Positions 40,825 to 51,498 of a stretch of DNA of 64,000 bases are shown here, in pieces (position 1 is the first letter of the stretch; the number at the start of each line of letters is the position of its first letter). The stretch lies in assembly GCA_963798915.1 (NCBI GenBank), contig CAWCVB010000001.1, positions 64,001 through 128,000 of the forward strand, written 5' to 3'. Under the pieces are notes generated by a model that was not told where the DNA came from, searched no databases, and worked only from the letters and a program-made list of their open reading frames with translations. Position numbers and translations under genes: made by a program. Origin of the DNA: an uncultured Gemmatimonadales bacterium (lineage in GTDB: Bacteria; Gemmatimonadota; Gemmatimonadetes; Gemmatimonadales; GWC2-71-9).

Positions 40825-40945
40825 ATCACAGATGGCACAGATGAAAAACAATGACGCAGATGACGCAGGGCGGATCCCGAGCCATCTGCGTCATCCTCTC
40901 ACCGGGGCACCGTCGCTCTCGGGTCACAGCTGCGTCATCTGTGGA
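40825..40945. repeat. CACAGAT-type palindromic element inside the Rhs gene
   Basis: atcacagatggcacagatg...gacgcagatgacgcag / catctgcgtcatc...ctgcgtcatctgtgga. Confidence 0.8.
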
Positions 40946-43900
40946 CCCGCTACCGTTCCCGGCCACGCCGTCCGAACTGCTCAGGAGCCGCCGGGTCCAG
41001 CTGGTCGAGTCGTAGTTGAAGCGCACCGGCCCCATGTTGGCTCGCCGGGTCTCGTCGGCACTCCGGATCTCGCCCAGGGCCGAGAAGACCGGGTTGCCAA
41101 AGGAATAGCGGATGGTGCTCCCCACCTTTTCCACCACATGGTCCACCCAGCCGTGGCTGTCGTAGTGGGTGCTCCGGGTGACCGGGGCCGAGGTGCCCTT
41201 GAGCTTGACGGTGCGGAGGGTGTCCCGCCCGCCCTTGTCATAGAGGAAGCTCACGCTGGCCAGGCTGTCGGTGGCTCCGGTGCTGGTGGTCACCAGATGG
41301 ACCAGCGGGTGAGCCGGGCCGTGAGCGAGTCGTACACATAATGAATGGCGCCGCCCTTGTCCCCGCTGAATTGCTGGCCGCTGGCCAGGGTCACGGCATC
41401 CGTCTCCCCGGTCCGCTGGCCCCGGCGGTTATAGGTCAGGCTCCGGGTGGCCGTCGCCAGCCCGCCCTCGAACACCACCGTGTCGCCGGTGAGCTGCCCC
41501 ACGGCACTCCAGCCATGATGCCGGAGCAGCCGGTAATCGCCCAGGTACTCGTCGTGCATCACTTCATCCAACAGCCGGCCCTTGGCGTCGTAGTAGAACT
41601 CGTAGCGCTGCCCCGCCGAGCTGAGCCGGCCCATGCCCACGCCCAGGGAATCCCAGGCCGCCTCGACCCCCGGCTCGGCGAAGCGCTCGTCATCCACCGC
41701 CAGCCCGCCGCCCACATGGACAGGAATTTCTGGTAGGGCCGCCCCTGCCAGTCATACAGGATGCCGACGTAACTGCCGTTCCCTACGAAGGCGTAGACCG
41801 GCTGGCCCAGCGGGTCCCGGATCCAGCTCTGCTTGCGGGAGCGGTTGATGCCGTGGTGGTCCGGCTCCCCGGCCCGATCACGGAGTCCGGCTGGCCCAGG
41901 AGGTTGTACCAGGTGCGGGTCTTCTGGACAAAGCTGTCCAGCGGTATGAGCAGCGCCGACACCGCATCAGCCGAGGCATAGACGTGCACCGAGTCCACCA
42001 GCCCGCCCTTGCCATAGAACATCCGGGTGGTCGGCGCGTTGCTGCCGGTGCCGGTCTTGGAGGCCAGCACTCGGCCCAAAGGGTCTCGCTTGAACCGGGT
42101 GGCGATGCGAGCGGGTCTATGGTCGAGTCGGGTCGGCCATAGCTGTCGTAATAGACGTGCGTCTGTGGCCCGCCCGGCGCCGTGACGATGCTGGTATTCC
42201 AGGTGGCGCTTTCATAGGCCACGCTGGAGAGGAGGCTGTTCCCGTCCCGCACTGAATCGGACGGGTGGCCGAGGGGATTCCCGCTGTTGTCAGCGCACCA
42301 TAGGTGAAGACCGTCGTGTCCCCGCCAGGCGCCACGATCTTGCACGGGCAGGCATTTGGCCGCGCCCGTTGCCGTCCCGTACACGATGGTGGTGGGCACC
42401 TTGAGCGCGTCCTTGGACCAGAGCAGCCGGGAACACCAGGCGCCACTGGTCAAGGTGACCGAGTCGTACGCGAACGTGAGCGTATCGAGGGTGATGCCGG
42501 TCGGCGCCGGATACGCCAGCGTGTTGCGGCGCACCATGGTGACCCGGCTGAGGGCGTCATAGCTGTACATCACCGAGTCCGGCGTGGTGACCACCGGATC
42601 GCCATGCACGATCTTGGTCACCCGTCCCAGCGTATCCCGCTCGATGCTGCGGATGTCATCGGCCGCGGATGAGGGGATGTAGAACCCGCCCGGGAACTGG
42701 CCGTCCGGAGACCATCCGGACCCAGGTGGGAGAGCCGAACCGGTCCACCTGATAGTCGGTGGCATGGTTCCCGGCATCCACGAGCGTTCCGCGGACCTGA
42801 TTGGGAAACAGCAACCGCTCGAGTGGCTGGCCATTGTGGCCATACGCCATCCGGGGCGCCGCTCGCCGGGTGGCGTCGCGGAAGTTGGCGAAATTCTGCA
42901 GTCCCGGCCCGGTAAAGCCGGACGGCGTATGTAGCGAGTCGTCAAACTGGAATCGCTGCGCGATGAGCGCCGTTCCCTGCCGCCTGGGCGAGATGACCGA
43001 GTCGATCATGGCGCGGTTGAGGGCGTCGGTCTTGTAGGTGAAACGGGTGGTATCCGGCTAGTCGCGTCGGTGCAGAATCAAGTGCGTGAGCCGGCAGGCA
43101 AAGGCGCCACCGACAGCAGACGGACAGTACACGCGAAGGTCCGCCACGGTCGTGGTAGAGCCACTGAGCGTTGGATACACATCGACCGCTGCCACCTGCC
43201 AGCTGCCCGTGAAGTACCGGAACTTGAACGCCGTCCGCTCGGGTCCACCACGTAGCCGATGCGCGCCGTGGTTCCCGAATACAGGAAGTCGGTGTAGTTG
43301 CCGACCAGGTCCTTGGTCCAAAGCTGCCAGCCATCGCTCGGAACCCGACCGTTGCGCCGTTATCAAGGTAGAGCGCCCAGCTGCTCCATGCTCGGTGGTG
43401 GCTGCAGCGCCCGTTCTCACCCGGCGGCGGCTGCCAGGCGCCGCTGCCGGTCTTCCGGTACACCGAATACGAGCCATCGCCGCTGACTAGCACCGCAGCC
43501 GAGTCGGTGCCCATCATCAGTCCGGTGGCCAGGCGCGACAATTCGGCCAGTTGCCAGCCGGTGCCGAACCGGGTCATCGCCGTATCCACGAGCGACGTCT
43601 GCACGATATACTGGGTCACCGTGTCAGTGATGGGCCCGGAGAGGTAGTAGGCCTGAACCGCCACCTTCACTTGCCGAATGGTGGCCGGCGCGGTGGTATT
43701 CATATTGTCCACCACGGCGCTGAAGACCCGCGACTCATTCGCGTTCTCCCACAGGTTCAGGGCGCCGGCGCCGGCGACACTTCCCTTGGTGCCGGCATAA
43801 TGGAGGACGGGGCCAGCCACCACGCCGTTCACGCGGGGTGTGACGACGATCGAATCGGGCGCGGCGATCTGGCGCGGGATGTCTACCCGGATCGGCAGGA

Positions 43901-45875
43901 TGGTCTGCACCCGCTGGGACCCCGAGCGATAGACCAGATGCAGATCCCTCGGCTTGTCACGCGTGACAAACCCCGGGATGGTCTGAGTCAGGAAGGTCTC
44001 GCCGCATTGGAAGGGTCCGAAGGCGGCGCACTCGCCCATGTCGCGCTTGAGGAAGCTGGCGAGCGGGGTGAGCGCCAGGTGCGTGGGCGGACCCGTCGGC
44101 AGATGGACAAAGCGGGCACGCACGGATGACCGATGCCCCGTCGAGTCGGCAATGCTGGCCACGATCTCGTTCCAGCCGCCGGAGTCGGCAAAGGGACAGC
44201 CCTCCACGTAGGCATGCAGCAGGGAGCTGCTGTTGGGCAGGGTGACCGTCGATTGCAGCTGGGTCAGCGAGGCCACCACCACGCCGCTGGCCACGCTCTG
44301 GCCGTTGTTGACGATCAGCGTGTCGTTGAGCCAGATCTTGAGCGTTGCCGTATTGATAGCACCGGGATCGGGCACCCGCGCATTCCATGTCGCCGGCTGC
44401 AACGCCTTGCCGAGTTGCCCTCGCGATTCGGCTCCGCCAGAGCGGGGTCGGCTCGGCAGTGCCGGTCACCGGCCGGGGCCAGTTGATCCCTGGCTGCAGC
44501 GGCGGCCACATCCCTCCATCCGGCACCGCATCGAACGCCAGGTCTCCGTAGGGGTACCCGGTCCAGAGCGTGTCCGTCGGGCTCGTGCCGGTCCACCAGT
44601 TGTAGTTGAAGTCCTCGCCATCGATGTAGCCGTAGTCCGCACACGTCGTGGGATCGGTGTCGCTGTGATCGACCGTGATCGTCTTGATGCTGAGGAGATC
44701 ATTGGCGCTGACCGATGCCGCGAAGACCAGGCCCCCGGGCAAGCCATTCGCGGCCGGTTGGGACAGAAAGCTGGACGGCTGATCGATCCTGATCTCCGGT
44801 GCACTCTGCTGCTCGGGACAGCCACGCAGTTCGGGCGGCGGCAGCGGCAGCCCGCCGAGCAGGCCCACAATACCGAAACCGTCAGGAAGCGGGAGCGAAT
44901 CGTCCAGCTCCCAGGTGCTGGAGCCGACCTGGTAGAAACCTGTCTGGAAGTATTCGCACCGGGCGACCGTAGCCTTGCAGGCGTACGTCTTCCAGGTGTA
45001 GGTGCCGCCCGAGAGCCGGAGACGCGGAATACCCAGCCGCCGACTTGGTGATCGAACTGGTCACCTCCTGGGTCCCCATCCAGACCCGGACTGATGCGAG
45101 GTTGACGGGCTGCTGTGAACGACGCCTGCATGGGAACGTTGAAACTGCGCACGCCATCGTCAGCAGGGATCACGTGGGCCACGATCGGCTCGCCAATGAC
45201 CGAGAAGCTCCGGAGCTCGGTATCATCCAGCACCTCGGTGCCGCCGCCGGATGACGGCGACATCTGCGGCGATACCTGCGATGTGGACTGCGCCACCAGG
45301 GGATCACCACCACTGCTCACGCCGTAGAGCTTGACGGTCACCGACCCGGTGCCGAGGCCGTAGCCATGCACCGTAATCGAGGCATTGGAATACCCGCCGG
45401 CGCCGAGCGGCTTGAGGTCGCCGGGCGACGCATCGGTACACCGTACCTGGCTGGTGGCCGTGCAGGTAATGCGGAAGGAGCCGGCCGTCGCCGTGTAGTT
45501 GTGGACCTGGACGGTGACGACCAAGGTGCTTTCGACCGCGATCGTCTTGGGCGGATTGAACAGGCTGACATTGAAGTGCGCCTCAGTGCCGATGATCTGT
45601 GGCGCTGCCACTGCCATGCCCTTTACCCTGCCCGCCGGCCTGCGCCCGTGCCGCGGACGGTAGGACAATGCTGAAGAGCGCCAGCGCCAGAGCAGGCTTC
45701 CTGAACGGACCGGTCACACGGGTCTCCATGGAGAGGATGCCCTTGGAAGGGCAGAGCCCGTACCACACCATCGACGTGCCTATGGCCTTGATTCACAACG
45801 ACTTCAGCCAGCCAGCCTGTCGCATTTGTCGCAATTGTCGCATCCGCTGACGGGTGGAATGCGACGTTTGCAACA

Positions 45876-45944
45876 ATCCACAGATGCACCGATTTCACCG
45901 ATGAATTCCGCAAACCGATCGGCGCAATCGGTGTCATCTGTGGA
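45876..45944. repeat. CACAGAT-type palindromic element upstream of the Rhs gene
   Basis: atccacagatgcaccgatttcaccgat ... atcggcgcaatcggtgtcatctgtgga. Confidence 0.8.
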
Positions 45945-46139
45945 CCAAACTGCGTAATCAGTGCACCCGCCGTATACTGTGGGATACCCGCGCTCAGGGC
46001 AAGCTGCAGGTCGCTGGTCGATGACGACTGACGACTGACGACTGACGACTGATAACCGTCGACCACCTACGCCCCATGCCCTGCTTATAATCCCATAGTC
46101 GCGTCACCCCTGGCGCAGCCATTCTGCCACGGACCTCGC

Positions 46140-47051
46140 ATGCCTGCACTGCGCTCCATTCTCGACCCGCTCTGGCGGGCACTGAACGCCCCCATCGCCA
46201 ATTCGCCCTTCACGCTGCTGAAGCTGCTGATCATCCTGCTCGCCCTGGGTCTGCTGATCTGGGCGGTGGGGCGGGCGACCCGCTGGCTGGTGGAACGCAT
46301 CTTCGTGCGCCGAGGGGTGGATCCGGGCGTGGCTCAGGCGGTCGGGACGCTGATTCGCTATGGCGCGGTCACCATCGGTTTCGTGGTCATCCTGCAGAGC
46401 GCCGGCATCGACCTCACCGCCTTCACGGTGCTCTTCGGCGCCCTGGGCGTGGGCATCGGCTTCGGCCTCCAGAACATTGCCAACAATTTTGTGAGCGGGC
46501 TGGTGCTGCTGTTCGAGCGTCCGGTCAAGATCGGTGACCGGGTGGTGGTGGGCGACGTGACCGGCACGGTCCGCCAGATCGGCGCCCGGGCCACGGTCGT
46601 AGTGACCAACGACAACATCGCGATCGTGGTGCCCAACTCGGAGTTCATCTCCGAACGGGTGATCAACTGGAGTCTCACCGGTGCGCTGGTCCGGCTCAGC
46701 ATCAACGTCGGGGTGTCCTACGCCGCCGATCCGGAGCAGGTGCGGGAGGTGCTGATGCGGGTGGCCCAGGCGAGTGATGTGGTGGAACAGTCGCCGGCGC
46801 CGGAGGTGCGCTTTCTCGAGTTCGGCGAGAGCTCGCTCAATTTCCAGCTGCTGGTCTGGACCCGGCAACATATCGCGACCCCCGACGTGCTCCGGAGCCG
46901 GATGAATTTTGCCATCGCCGCCGCCTTCCGCAGTGCGGGCGTGGAAATCCCCTTCCCCCAGCGGGATCTGCATATCCGGTCAGGGGTGCTGGAGGTGAGG
47001 CTCGACAGGACGCGCATGGCGGGCGGGACGGGCATGACGGGCGGGAGCTGA
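46140..47051 (+). CDS. Small-conductance mechanosensitive channel (MscS family)
   Basis: GALGVGIGFGLQNIANNFVSG, ERPVKIGD, VPNS, IPFPQRDL. Confidence 0.93.
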   Translation: MPALRSILDPLWRALNAPIANSPFTLLKLLIILLALGLLIWAVGRATRWLVERIFVRRGVDPGVAQAVGTLIRYGAVTIGFVVILQSAGIDLTAFTVLFGALGVGIGFGLQNIANNFVSGLVLLFERPVKIGDRVVVGDVTGTVRQIGARATVVVTNDNIAIVVPNSEFISERVINWSLTGALVRLSINVGVSYAADPEQVREVLMRVAQASDVVEQSPAPEVRFLEFGESSLNFQLLVWTRQHIATPDVLRSRMNFAIAAAFRSAGVEIPFPQRDLHIRSGVLEVRLDRTRMAGGTGMTGGS

Positions 47052-47240
47052 GAGTTGAGGGTTACGACGTGAGGTTCGGCGAGATGGACGGGCCGAAAGT
47101 AACAGCATGTCACCCGAGCAACGCACCGTGTCGTCCAGAGCAAAGCGAGGGAGGACACACCGCCCCGCCCGTCTTGCCCGCCCTGCCGAGCCGGATCTGG
47201 CGAAGCGCTCAGCCGGGGCGTAGGTTGGGGGGCCATTTAT

Positions 47241-47399
47241 GGTCGTCAGTCGTCGGTCGTCGGTCTTCATTGCGAGGCAGCGTCAGTCTCCTTCAGCGAG
47301 CACCGCGAGCGAAGGGCCGGACGCCCGAGTGAGCTTCGGTCCCCTCACTATGCTCGGATGACATGCCGCGACGACCGACGACCGACGATCGACGACCTC
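47241..47399. repeat. Inverted heptamer runs enclosing a degenerate GTCAT-type element (47267-47363)
   Basis: ggtcgtcagtcgtcggtcgtcggtc-tcattgcgag...ctcactatgctcggatgaca-gacgaccgacgaccgacg. Confidence 0.75.
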
Positions 47400-47421
47400 C
47401 CAGCCCTCAACGCTGAGCCAC

Positions 47422-48654
47422 ATGACTAAGTCCAAGCTCTCCACCATGATGTTCCTGCAGTACTTCGTCTGGGGCGCCTGGTTCGTCACCATGGGTACTT
47501 ATCTGGGCCAGACGCTGCACTTCACCGGACGCGAGGTGGGGCTGGCCTACGGCGCCACGGCCATCGCCGCGCTGGTGTCGCCCTTCTTTATCGGGATCGT
47601 GGCCGACCGGTTCTTCGCCACCGAAAAGCTGCTCGCCATCCTGCATCTGGCCGGCGGCGTGATTCTCTGGTATGCCTCGACGCTGACGACGTTCGGCACC
47701 TTCTACCCGGTGCTGATTCTCTACGCCCTCTGCTACATGCCGACGCTGTCGCTGTCCAATTCCATCTCGTTCCACCACGTGCAGGATCCCGCCCGCGAGT
47801 TCCCCTTCATCCGGGTGCTCGGCACCATCGGCTGGATCGTGGCGGGCATCCTGATCGGCAAGGTGCTGCACGCCGATGCCCTGGCCCTGCCCATGCGGGT
47901 GGCCGCGGGCGCGTCCATCCTGCTGGGGCTCTATTCGTTCGGCCTGCCCCACACACCGCCCAGGGCGGCCGGCTCACCCTTCAGCGTGCGGGACGCGCTG
48001 GGGCTCGATGCGCTGGGCCTGCTCAAGGACCGCTCGTTCCTGGTCTTCGTGCTGGGCTCGTTCCTGCTCTGCATCCCGCTCCAGTTCTACTACACCTTCG
48101 CCAATCCGTACCTCAACGAGGTGGGCGCCCCCGATCCAGCGTTCATCCAGACCTTCGGCCAGATGAGCGAGCTGATCTTCATGCTCTTCCTGGCGTTCTT
48201 CCTCAAGCGATTCGGCATCAAGGTGATCATGCTGGCCGGCATGGCGGCGTGGGCGCTCCGCTACCTGGCCTTCGGTTATGGCGCGTCGGGGCCAGTGATG
48301 CCGCTGATCTACATCGGCATCCTGCTGCACGGGATCTGCTACGATTTCTTCTTCGTGAGCGGGCAGATCTATACCGATGAAAAGGCCGGGCCGAAGATCC
48401 GGGCCGCGGCCCAGGGCTTCATCAACTTCGTGACCAACGGCGTGGGCTACTTCATCGGCGCCTTTGTGAGCGGCGCCGTGGTGGACCGCTACGCCAGCTG
48501 CCAGGGCGGAGGCGCGCTCGAAGGATGTGCCGCCGTGACCCACGACTGGCACGCCATCTGGCTGGTGCCGGCTGCCGGTGCGGCGGTGGTGTTCGTTCTT
48601 TTCGCGCTGACGTTCAGGCCATCGAGACGGCTGGAGCCCGAAGGCAAGAACTAG
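47422..48654 (+). CDS. MFS nucleoside permease (NupG/XapB-like)
   Basis: [48 protein letters not shown]. Confidence 0.9.
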   Translation: MTKSKLSTMMFLQYFVWGAWFVTMGTYLGQTLHFTGREVGLAYGATAIAALVSPFFIGIVADRFFATEKLLAILHLAGGVILWYASTLTTFGTFYPVLILYALCYMPTLSLSNSISFHHVQDPAREFPFIRVLGTIGWIVAGILIGKVLHADALALPMRVAAGASILLGLYSFGLPHTPPRAAGSPFSVRDALGLDALGLLKDRSFLVFVLGSFLLCIPLQFYYTFANPYLNEVGAPDPAFIQTFGQMSELIFMLFLAFFLKRFGIKVIMLAGMAAWALRYLAFGYGASGPVMPLIYIGILLHGICYDFFFVSGQIYTDEKAGPKIRAAAQGFINFVTNGVGYFIGAFVSGAVVDRYASCQGGGALEGCAAVTHDWHAIWLVPAAGAAVVFVLFALTFRPSRRLEPEGKN

Positions 48655-48720
48655 CCGTCTCGCCGTCTTACCGTCTAGCCGTCACTTGACGATCTATGAC
48701 ATTCCAAGGAGCTCCCTCGC

Positions 48721-50061
48721 ATGCCCACCAAGCCCCTCTCCCGTCGCACCTTCGTCGGCACCTCGGCCGCCGCGGCCAGTGCCTTCACCATCGTGCCGCG
48801 CCATGTGCTGGGTGGCCCCGGATTCATCGCGCCGAGCGACAAGCTCAATGTGGCGTGCATCGGGGTGGGCGGCATGGGCCGGAACGACGTCGACGGGATG
48901 AGCGGCGAGAATATCTACGCGCTGTGCGATGTGGACTGGAAGGCCGCCGAGGACGCCTTCCGCAGCTTTCCCAAGGCCAAGCGGTTCAAGGACTATCGCG
49001 AGCTGTTCGACAAGGAAGCGCAGAACATAGACCTCGTCACCGTCTCGACGCCCGACCACAGCCATGCGCCGGCCGCCATGCTCGCGCTCAAGCACGACAA
49101 GCCGACCTACACGCAGAAGCCGCTGGCACGGACACTCCACGAAGTGCGTGCACTGGGCGACGAAGCGCGAAAGCGGAAGCTGCACACCCAGATGGGCAAC
49201 CAGGGTCACGCCGGTGACGGCATGCGGGTGCTGCGCGAGATGGTCGAAGCCGGACTGATCGGCACCGTGCGCGAGGTGCACTACTGGACCAACCGCCCCA
49301 TCTGGCCCCAGGGACTGGACCGCCCCACCGAGCTGCACGCGCCACCCTCGACCCTCGACTGGAATCTCTGGCTCGGTCCCCGTCCCGATCGGCCCTACAA
49401 CCCGGCCTACATGCCGTTCAAGTGGCGCGGGTGGTGGGACTTCGGCACCGGCGCGCTGGGCGACATGGCCTGTCACGGCATGGACGCGGCCTTCTGGATT
49501 CTGGACCTCGGCTTCCCCGATCGCATCATCCCGGAATCCACCGAGCTCTACACCGAGTCGGCACCCAAGTCGGAGCGCATCGAATATCAGTTCGGCGCCA
49601 AGGGGGGACGCGGCCCCATCAAGGTGGTCTGGCGCGACGGCGACCTGCGCCCGCCCCGTCCGGTGGGCTACGCCGACGACGCGGACTGGCCCTTTGCCGA
49701 TATCGGTGGGCAGCTCTGGATCGGCGACAAGGGTGGGATCCTGGCCGGCATCTACGCTGAAAAGCCCCGGCTGCTCGACGAGAAACGGCAGAAGGAGCTC
49801 GAAGCCAATCCGCTGCCGCAGAAGTATCCCCGGTCCAAGGGCGTGTACGCCGAGATCATTGATGCGGCCAAGGGTGGCCCGCCGGCGCTCTCCACCTTTG
49901 ACGGCCACGCCGGCGCACTGACCCAGATGGTATTGCTCGGCTGCCTCGCGGTGCGGGCGGGCAAGACGCTGGAACTGAACAGCAAGACCGGCATGATTAC
50001 CAACGTGACGCTGCCGGAAGAGTGGGTGAAGCCGGGGTTCAGGGACGGGTGGATGGTGTAG
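48721..50061 (+). CDS. Gfo/Idh/MocA family oxidoreductase, Tat-exported
   Basis: SRRTFV; GVGGMG, STPDHSH, QKPL, QMGNQG, GTGALGDMACH. Confidence 0.9.
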   Translation: MPTKPLSRRTFVGTSAAAASAFTIVPRHVLGGPGFIAPSDKLNVACIGVGGMGRNDVDGMSGENIYALCDVDWKAAEDAFRSFPKAKRFKDYRELFDKEAQNIDLVTVSTPDHSHAPAAMLALKHDKPTYTQKPLARTLHEVRALGDEARKRKLHTQMGNQGHAGDGMRVLREMVEAGLIGTVREVHYWTNRPIWPQGLDRPTELHAPPSTLDWNLWLGPRPDRPYNPAYMPFKWRGWWDFGTGALGDMACHGMDAAFWILDLGFPDRIIPESTELYTESAPKSERIEYQFGAKGGRGPIKVVWRDGDLRPPRPVGYADDADWPFADIGGQLWIGDKGGILAGIYAEKPRLLDEKRQKELEANPLPQKYPRSKGVYAEIIDAAKGGPPALSTFDGHAGALTQMVLLGCLAVRAGKTLELNSKTGMITNVTLPEEWVKPGFRDGWMV

Positions 50062-50067
50062 GAGAGA

Positions 50068-50150
50068 GGTCGTCGGTCGTCAGTCAGTCAGGTCGACGGT
50101 CGTCGGTCGTCGGTCGTCGGTCGTCGGTCGTCGGTCGTCGGTCGTCGGTC
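50068..50150. repeat. Heptamer run (CGGTCGT)n
   Basis: About 7-8 perfect copies at 50097-50150; inverted counterpart at 51472-51498. Confidence 0.9.
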
Positions 50151-50159
50151 TGCGAGATC

Positions 50160-50992
50160 TGTCATCCTGAGCGAAGCGAAGGATCTACCCGCCCTGATCC
50201 GGAAGCAGCCAGGCCGATCCTTCGGCCGCTCCGCGGCCTCTGGATGACAGCAGGTGACGTCCACGGGCCGACGCCGCGCCGATGTCATCCTGAGCGAAGC
50301 GAAGGATCTACGCGCCCCGATCCGGAAGCAGCCAGGCCGATCCTTCGGCCGCTCCGCGGCCTCTGGATGACAGCAGGTGACGTCCACGGGCCGACGCCGC
50401 GCCGATGTCATCCTGAGCGAAGCGAAGGATCTACGCGCCCCGATCCGGAGGCAGCCAGGCCGATCCTTCGGCCGCTCCGCGGCCTCTGGATGACAGCAGG
50501 TGACGTCCACGGGCCGACGCCGCGCCGATGTCATCCTGAGCGAAGCGAAGGATCTACCCGCCCTGATCCGGAAGCAGCCAGGCCGATCCTTCGGCCGCTC
50601 CGCGGCCTCTGGATGACAGCAGGTGACGTCCACGGGCCGACGCCGCGCCGATGTCATCCTGAGCGAAGCGAAGGATCTACCCGCCCCGATCCGGAAGCAG
50701 CCAGGCAGATCCTTCGGCCGCTCCGCGGCCTCTGGATGACAGCAGGTGACGTCCACGGGCCGACGCCGCGCCGATGTCATCCTGAGCGAAGCGAAGGATC
50801 TACCCGCCCCGATCCGGAAGCAGCCAGGCCGATCCTTCGGCCGCTCCGCGGCCTCTGGATGACAGCAGGTGACGTCCACGGGCCGACGCCGCGCCGATGT
50901 CATCCTGAGCGAAGCGAAGGATCTACCCGCCCCGATCCGGAAGCAGCCAGGCCGATCCTTCGGCCGCTCCGCGGCCTCTGGATGACAGCAGG
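50160..50992. repeat. Tandem array of seven 90-bp REP-like palindromic elements with identical 33-bp linkers (123-bp period)
   Basis: gtcatcctgagcgaagcgaaggatc starts at 50161, 50284, 50407, 50530, 50653, 50776 and 50899. Each unit ends gatccttcggccgctccgcggcctctggatgaca. Confidence 0.97.
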
Positions 50993-51068
50993 CGCTCCGC
51001 CGTCGCTGCGCTCGAATGCCACCATGGCCCTTTGACACCGGTGGGACGCCCGCCGGCCATGCTTCGGC

Positions 51069-51371
51069 ATGGCGAAGACCTATTACGTCTATCTCCTGGC
51101 CAGCCACTCACGTGTCATCTATATCGGCGTGACAAGTGACCTGCGGCGACGCATCTGGGAGCACCGGCATGGCATGCGGAGCGGCTTCGCGTCCCGTTAC
51201 CGAGCAACCCATCTGGTCTACTTCGAAGCGACCAATGATGCTCGGAGCGCGATCAGGCGTGAGAAGGAGATCAAGGGTTGGTCGCGCCGCCGCAAGATCT
51301 CGCTGATCGAGACGGCGAATGCCGGCTGGCTCGACCTCGCCGCCGACTGGTTTGGACCTGAGGGAGGTTGA
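51069..51371 (+). CDS. Stand-alone GIY-YIG nuclease family protein (100 aa)
   Basis: YYVYLL...IYIGVTSDLRRRIWEH...AIRREKEIKGWSRRRKISLIE; conserved Tyr, Arg and Glu present. Confidence 0.92.
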   Translation: MAKTYYVYLLASHSRVIYIGVTSDLRRRIWEHRHGMRSGFASRYRATHLVYFEATNDARSAIRREKEIKGWSRRRKISLIETANAGWLDLAADWFGPEGG

Positions 51372-51382
51372 TCCCCGGGAAA

Positions 51383-51498
51383 TATCATTCCGAGTGCAGT
51401 AGGGAATCTTACAGGCCAGGTTCGGACATCGGGCGAGCAGATCCTTCGCTACGCTCAGGATGACACGCTTCGACGACCGACGACCGACGACCGACGAC
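51383..51498. repeat. GTCAT-type REP-like element (51383-51465) followed by an (ACGACCG)n run
   Basis: tatcattccgagtgcagtagggaatct...agatccttcgctacgctcaggatgaca. Confidence 0.85.

Larger units (their letters stand above)
40077..45729 (-). pseudogene. Rhs/YD-repeat protein with Sec-type signal, fragmented by more than 10 frameshifts and two repeat insertions
   Basis: YD repeats (YSYDALSRV, YYDSYGRP, YYDAKGRL). Core [36 protein letters not shown], then after a 1-nt shift TFTDPFGL. N-terminal signal LALALFSIVLPSAARA. Confidence 0.85.

Noticed and set aside
38300..46000. Prophage, IS or integrative element call for the island
   Set aside because: No integrase, transposase, phage gene, tRNA or att-like direct repeat was seen.
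50160..50992. CRISPR array
   Set aside because: The linkers are identical rather than unique, the units are 90 bp, and no cas genes are in the window.
51032..51063. Sigma70 promoter for the GIY-YIG gene (TTGACA...CATGCT)
   Set aside because: The spacer is 20 bp and the -10 match is weak.
50022..51107. ORFs 50022-51035 (+) and 50088-51107 (-) as repeat proteins
   Set aside because: They are open only because the period (123 = 41 codons) lacks stops. Peptides such as CHPERSEGS and SFASLRMT are translations of the palindrome.
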